Below are positions 57,152-64,000 of a stretch of DNA of 64,000 bases, piece after piece. Made by a program: the position numbers and the translations under genes. The notes beneath the pieces were generated by a model, which was not told the origin of the DNA, made no database searches, and saw only the letters and a program-made list of their open reading frames with translations. The stretch covers positions 4,216,001 to 4,280,000 of the forward strand of contig CM035356.1 of assembly GCA_020137815.1 (NCBI GenBank), read 5' to 3'. Source of the DNA: Hormiphora californensis. Lineage: Eukaryota > Animalia > Ctenophora. Each line of letters begins with the position of its first letter. The first letter of the stretch is position 1.

Positions 57152-59509
57152 AGTCGGATTTTTTGAAACTGTCACCCCAAAATGACCGCGCATGTGAAAT
57201 TTATCAATTTTGACGCGCACACCACACGTTAACATGTGATGTGACGCGCAAAAACATTCCGCGCACGAAACGGGGGGTGACAACTTCAAAAAATCCGACT
57301 TTAAAGTCGGATTTTTTGAAACTGTCACCCCCCTTTTCGTGCGCGGAATGTTTTTGCGCGTCACATCACATGTTAACGTGTGGTGTGCGCGTCAAAATTG
57401 ATAAATTTCACATGCGCGGTCATTTTGGGGTGACAACTTCAAAAAATCCGACTTTACTCCATTTTTTTTCAACTGTTCACCCCCCAAAGTCGTGCGCGGG
57501 ATTGTTTTGCGCGTTTATCACATGTTAACGTATAGCGCGCGCCACAAAGTTTTTAAATTTCACTAAAATTTCGATTTTGGGTGAACAGTTGAAAAAAAAA
57601 GGACTTTAAGGGTACGCTAACCAAAAATTTTTTTCGAGTGCAGGGAAATCTCTCACCGTAGGGTTGTAGGCCATGCCAAGGAGACCTCAAATATGCAATT
57701 TGAGCTCTCAAGTCGAATTCATATTTTTGCTACAGCTGTTTAAAAAGTGTCCTGTAAATACGTTTTTGGCATCTCAAAAAAGTTTTTTTAAAGATAGGAG
57801 CATGAAAATTTGGGGATTTGAAGAGGACATAAAGGTGAATAACCAGAAAAATTTTTTTTGCAATCCGAGCTGATTTCCGGTCCTGAGATGGATTTCTTTT
57901 TTTTCACTTTAACGCCCTATTTGGCAAGGTTCCGAAAACATGTGAAAGCTGTAAATTGGTCAAAAGTTGCGTCTAACGATTCTCTATATGGCCATAAATT
58001 TTGGGCGCGTCCTTATTTGAGATAAGCTGTACAGATTTTTTTTTGTGAAAGCCGTCATTTCAGAAATGAATAAATTCCCTGTATCTCAAAAACGGCTGAT
58101 CGTAGAGACCTGAGACTATGCTTAAACGATTCAGAAGGTCCGATTTTGGGGGGGTCTTCTGAGAGACATTTTGCTCCTACTTCAACCGTTTTTGCTGTAA
58201 TTGCGAAAAACAAAAACCCATCTTCGCCATCGTGGATTTTTTGTGATTTTGTTTTTGGTCATTATAGGGACCCATATGGACCAAATAGTGAAGGAATTAG
58301 CTTGTTACACACTTTTCCATAGTTTCGGTCCTTTCTTAGCTAAAATTCCCTAATTTCAGGATATTGGAGTTTAGCTTTTGCCCTTTTCATAGAATTTGTT
58401 TTTCGCAATTACAGCAAAAACGGTTGAAGTAGGAGCAAAATGTCTCTCAGAAGACCCCCCCAAAATCGGACCTTCTGAATCGTTTAAGCATAGTCTCAGG
58501 TCTCTACGATCAGCCGTTTTTGAGATACAGGGAATTTATTCATTTCTGAAATGACGGCTTTCACAAAAAAAAATCTGTACAGCTTATCTCAAATAAGGAC
58601 GCGCCCAAAATTTATGGCCATATAGAGAATCGTTAGACGCAACTTTTGACCAATTTACAGCTTTCACATATTTTCGGAACTTGGCCAAATATGGCGTTAA
58701 AGTCAAAAAAAAGAAATCCATCTCAGGACCGGAAATCAGCTCGGATTTCAAAAATTTTTTTTGTGGCTACTCACCTCTTTGTCCTCTTCAAATCAACAAA
58801 TTTTTATGATCCTATCTTTACAAATGTATTTTTAAGATGCCAAAAACTTATTTTCAGTTCATTTTTCAAGCAGCTGTAGCAAAAATATGAATTCGACTTG
58901 AGAGCTCAAATTGCATATTTGAGGTCTCCTTGGCATGGCCTACAACCCTACGGTGAGAGATTTCCCTGCACTCGAAAAAAATTTTTGGTTAGCGTACCCT
59001 TAAAGTGTAAGCGAAACAACAACGAACTGGCTGCGCGTCCCGCAACGTTGCGCATGTGAATCTCTCCGGTGAGATCGTTATGCGCAACGAATGCGCGACG
59101 CGCAGCCAGTTCGTTGTTGTTTCGCTTTCACTTTAAAGTCCATTTTTATTCAACTGTTCACCCTCCAACTCATGCGCGTGCGATATTTTAATTTACGCTG
59201 CGCGCGCTACACGTTAACATGTGATAGACGCGCAAAACAATTCCGCGCATGACTTTGGGGGGTGAACAGTTGAAAAAAAAATGGACTTTAAAGTCGGATT
59301 TTTTGAAACTGTCACCCCCCTGAAATAACAAATTTGTCATATCTCCGGTTCCTGATAAGATAGAGACTTGAAATTTGGAGGTTCGGAAGAACTTAGCAAG
59401 ATCTTTATAACCTCCAAATTTCAAGTCTCTATCTCATCAGGAACCGGACTTATGGTCATTTAAAGAAATTTGAAAACTCAGGGGGGTGACAGTTTCAAAA
59501 AATCCGACT
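57152..59509. mobile_element. Array of seven abutting palindromic MITEs joined mostly by TTAA, inside the right end of a GGGTTA-type MITE that starts at 56923
   Basis: Units 57152-57300, 57305-57453, about 57457-57605, 57610-58999, 59004-59132, 59137-59287, 59292-59509. Confidence 0.85.
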
Positions 59510-59719
59510 TTAGAGAACAGAAAAAAAGTTTTCAAAAAGTTAAAAAAAAGTTCAAGGCAAAAATTTAAAATCGCGGCCGCGCGCGGCTCAGAATGTTTAT
59601 TTGCAGTGAACTGAAAACATTTTTCGCGCGTTACAACTAAAAACTTGATTTACTTTTTTACGCCGCGCGCGTGAGCCAAATTTTTGCCAAAAAATGTTTT
59701 GCTGGGCCGCGTTGTCTTC

Positions 59720-59992
59720 GGAAAACGTTAAAATCTGGGTGCCTTTCATTGCTAACAATTCGTAGTTTTAGCGCGCGCGACGGGTTAGGGCTATCCGTTA
59801 GGGTCTGGTTAGGGTTTGGTTTGGGGTTATCGGTTAGGGCTATCGATTCTCTATCAGTTACCATTTAGTTTACTCAAATTGGCCATGTGGTTGCGTGGCT
59901 ATAGCCGTTTGAAAAAAGTCGGTCTAAGTATACTCTTTTGGCAGCGCGCACCTGTAAACACGCTGCAAGGCACCCATATTATAATCGCCCCC
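59720..59992. mobile_element. Second copy of the 34809-35083 MITE
   Basis: Near-identical sequence; 9-bp TSD GTTGTCTTC. Confidence 0.9.
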
Positions 59993-60240
59993 GTTGTCTT
60001 CTTTTTGTTGTCTTGTTAAAACTTTTTTGCAAACTTCCCCTCTTTTTGACTATTTTGTAGCGTTTTGGTTGCTGTTTTATGGTATTTAAAGTCTCTATTG
60101 TTGATTGCCACCTGATATGGTGGCGTAGGCTGTAGGGATCTCTATTTTATTGCCGTTTTTGAAGTTTGAACTTAGGACACAGTAAATTTAACCGACTTTC
60201 TTTGGTAGTAGACCTGCTCAAAGGCACAGGATTCGATGTG

Positions 60241-61158
60241 ATGAGTGAACCTACGTGGGGTGACACTCTTTGGGTAAGTATTCCGTTAAACCCTACCCAA
60301 ATGGTCGGATTGTGTTCGATTCCTCTCTAAATTTCTTCCTCCAAAGGACCAATGGGACAAGATTCTGGATCACACGAAGGGTGGCCTGGAATTCACTGAG
60401 AAATGCCACGCTTTCACCCGAGACCGGATAAAACTGGAGGCAGAGTACGTCAAGAATCTCCGGAGATTGAAAAGAACTTACAAGCTGAAAAACGCGGAAG
60501 ATGACTCTGCAAGGTAAGAGCCAATTGTCCCTATTTTCAGTGTGCCGCTAGGCTTATTTTATACACTTTCTGAAAAAAAAACTAATCCGTGTTTGTGTCT
60601 AGTGTGTCCCGACAAGCCCCGAGTATTAAGGCATCTGTTATGAGTCTTAGCAGTAGAAAGACCTCAAGTTCGGTTGACGATCAAAAGTAAAACGTGCTAT
60701 AATCGTACCTGCTGGCTGTCAGCTAACCAATCCTGTTCAGCATTATTTCTTCTCCCAAATCTGAAATGTTCAACTTCTGATGGTTTTAATATTGACATTC
60801 TGTCCCCTCCCCCTCAGCTATTCTACTCTCAAGGCATTTACTGTGATTTTGGATCAAATTGATCTGATTGCCAGAGAGCATGAAATGATGTCCGAGAAGT
60901 TGTCTGAGAGAGTAGGTGATAAGCTGAAACAACTCCATAAAGATTGTACCAATACACGGAAAAATGTAAGCTTTTTACACAAGTCACGTGTCAAACTTTG
61001 TTTTGAGTATAACTTACAGTAGCTGATATCATAATATCTTCTGTAAAGGGTTTGGCAACATTTAACCACCAAATTACCCTCTAATCGTGTTTCAGCTTAT
61101 GCAGTCAGCCAACCAGATGCAAACTGAGTACAAGGAATGGCAGAGCTCTCTCGAGAGG
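60241..61158 (+). CDS. F-BAR protein of the FNBP1/CIP4/TOCA family, first four exons (60241-60273, 60347-60513, 60818-60965, 61096-61158); further exons not found in the window
   Basis: MSEPTWGDTLW|DQWDKILDHTKGGLEFTEK...RIKLEAEYVKNLRRL...IAREHEMMSEKL matches the FCH/F-BAR N-terminus. Confidence 0.88.
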
Positions 61159-62132
61159 GTATGTTAATATTATTATAATATATCCCTAATCCCTTCCCAG
61201 GGCAGCTGCAGGGATATATATTCCTATCTTTTCTCTTTCTTTTCTCTTCTAAATTTTCTCCCTAAACATGCATTCCGTTCTGTCAACACGCGAGAGAACA
61301 TGTTAAATATCTCTCTTTCTTTTCTTCTCTCCCAAATTCTATATATCTCTCTTAGTAAATATATCCGCACTCCAAATTCTATATCCCGCCTTTACCCGCC
61401 AAGATAATATATGCAGTTAAATCACTAATCATTCAAAGTTTAAATCGAGCCAGGACGGTTTGAGACAGTTTTAGGTTGGAAAGAACTGCTGAAGTGGGCG
61501 GGTGTGTGTACTAGTATTATTGGCACAAAGAGATTTGTGAAAACCTATCGTGAGAGAGAGAGAAAAGAGTAGGGAGGGAGAGAGAGAGAGGGAGAGAGGA
61601 GAGAGAAAAGAAAGGAGAGAGAAGATATAGAAAAGAGAGGATGATGTGTAAGAGGATGTGTGTAAAAAGAAAATACGGCTGGGATAGTGTGTCAAGATTG
61701 AGATGAAATAAAGACAGAAGTTGATCCACATAGTACCACCGCACTGTTACACACTCAGTGTACTTTTACACACACACACATCCGTATACTGCCAAAAACA
61801 AACATTACTTGAGATGAAAGTATGACCAAATCTGTGGTTCCCCCTACTAAATCTGATGGTACCCGACCCTGGTCCCCCTACTAAATCTAATGGTCCCGGT
61901 CCTACCAAATCACTGGAATGATGGTAGAAAGACAGTGTGAGAGAGAGAGACACCATCTGAGAGAGGATAATGTACTTGTCCTTTATGGTACCATATAACG
62001 TTGCATCACAACATAATAACATATAATATCAGTTCGTCTGTGTGTGGGCAAGTATAATAGTGTTGGGATTAGGGAAATTAACTCTCTTTCTTTCCTCTGC
62101 CTCTGTTCGCTATATTAACCTTTCTTCTTGTA

Positions 62133-62180
<48 letters not shown>

Positions 62181-64000
62181 TCTCTCTATCTCTCTATCTC
62201 TATCTCTCTCTATCCACAGTCCATTGTACAGCATTACAGGACGACCTATAGTATGAGTCGTGACAGTGCCTGAATAACCTATGAATCTCCTAAGAACACA
62301 CATGTGTCCATGTAGGAGCACTTGAATTGCAATTCTACTGCACATACTGTGTGACAAGAAAATGAACATGTGTGTGTAGTGTGTCAATTTGGTATTTCCC
62401 GGGTGGTGGGGGGGGGGGTGGCATGTTGTTAGTTGTGTACAGGGTGTCTCTCAACAAGCTGTTCCTTCCTTTAATTATCTCCCTGGACAGTACACGGTGT
62501 ATTATAACAACTGGGTAACACACATGACGTGTAATAAGGTAGGGTGGCTACTTTTGGGAACCTTTTGTTGAAGAATGTTACACTGTGTAACATCTGTGTG
62601 TACACACAGAAGAGCTCTCCCTCTGCATCCCTCTGTTTGTCCCTTTATAGCCCCTCATGGGGTTGAGTTATGGTATGTGTTTTAGTACCCAATAGGTAGT
62701 ACCCATAAATACCACCATACAAATCTCCCGTTCCCCCAGTGGCACAGAAATACAAATCCCCCAATCTGGTTTAGACCGGCAGAATTGTAAAACCGGCAGT
62801 GAACCAAAACGCTTTCCCCCAAAATTTTCCAATTGAATGATTCCGGAATGCCACTTACAACTTTATGTAAGCGGTGACACCTTATAAATTGAGTTTTTAG
62901 GGCTAAAAACGCACAATCAAAAAACCGGCAGAAACCGGCAGAATATCGGGTAAATATTGGCAATATTTTCGATTTTTCCGGCAGAAACCGGCAGAATTAG
63001 GAAATCGGTATTTTGGCATTTCCGGCAGAATTGAAAGCTTGTGCCACTGGGCCCGTTCCCAAGTCCTAACATTATCCATGTACTGTTTGGCAGTTGTATG
63101 TGCATCTCCCTCTATCTATCTCCCTCTTCTCTCCTAACATTATCCATGTACTGTTTGAACATTTGTATGTGTATCTTCCTATTTCTATCTCCCTCTTCTC
63201 TCCTAACATTATACATGTACTGTTTGGCAGTTGTATGTGCATACCGATAGGAGGGAAGCCATGTAACGTCTAATGCAATCAATCGGCCTGACACATACTG
63301 TGTGTATGTGTACGTCTGTGTGTCGTGATGGGAACCTCACACATCGTCAAGGGTGTGAGTGGAAATAAGTCTGTATTGATAAATAATAATGGGACATAAT
63401 ATCCGTCCATAGGCCGGTTTGGGCATTTTTGACCCTCGGGCTCGGACCCGGGACCCCCCTCTGGGCTCTGGCCTTGATTTGGACGGAGATTTGGTTTGGA
63501 TCTAAGTCGATGTGTGTAAAATGAGGAGTTGAGACCACATTGCGAAGAATCCAGGGAGATCGCTGATCAATAATGCATGTATTGTAGTTTTACATGCGGA
63601 GAGAGGAGTTGGCCTTTAGACAATAGCTGCTGTATAAGAGAGGGAGGGAGAGGAGGGAGAGGGAAGATAGAGAGGAGAGAGGGGGGGGGTTGAGAGGGAG
63701 GGTGAGAGGAGTGTACGTTGGTAAGGGGGTGTAAATTGTCTGGGATAATGCTGAAGTAGAGAGAGAGAGAGAGTTGGTTTGTTCGGGTTCCTACAGCTAG
63801 TTGTGCTGTTGCACCTCCCCAAATGCAATAGTATGAACAATACAAACAGCTAGCTGCTAGTGACGATCAAGATGGATGTTCTATGTTTTTTTGGATCATC
63901 CCCGTGCTAATGTATGTTCTACTATATGTTGTAAAAGAATAGGCCCCGGGTGCTTGCTAGCGCTATGATGTTTTATGTAGAAGTAGAATTAAAACTTGTA

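Overview
Eukaryotic, intron-rich, (GA)n-rich animal DNA. It is probably a cydippid ctenophore (Pleurobrachia-like); this rests on my recollection of the 49167-49275 MITE family and is unverified. Housekeeping and other genes: two calflagin-like EF-hand paralogues (-), a divergent class-A GPCR (+) with one calflagin nested in its intron, MRPL24, a PI-PLC X-domain (PLCXD) gene, GPR89, OGDH, FAM32A and the 5' part of an FNBP1/CIP4-type F-BAR gene. The standout is an antisense cluster of six single-pass receptor genes/pseudogenes (14.5-36.2 kb) nested inside PLCXD intron 5. They are built from signal peptide, canonical and highly derived SRCR domains, TNFR/ephrin-receptor-like Cys-rich repeats, a TM helix and a Tyr-motif tail. 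The cluster is diversifying by 997-bp in-frame module duplication, chimerism, hypervariable loops and transposon activity. One GG-terminal TIR element carries a splice donor in its TIR and is predicted to splice out in frame (introner-like). A related TIR pair with an 8-bp target duplication brackets a whole receptor gene. Also present are a textbook non-autonomous Helitron inside a PLCXD exon and a train of seven palindromic MITEs joined mostly by single TTAA sites. Some stretches (about 26960-27290 and 44500-46380) look like poor consensus, and single-base frameshifts may be sequencing errors.
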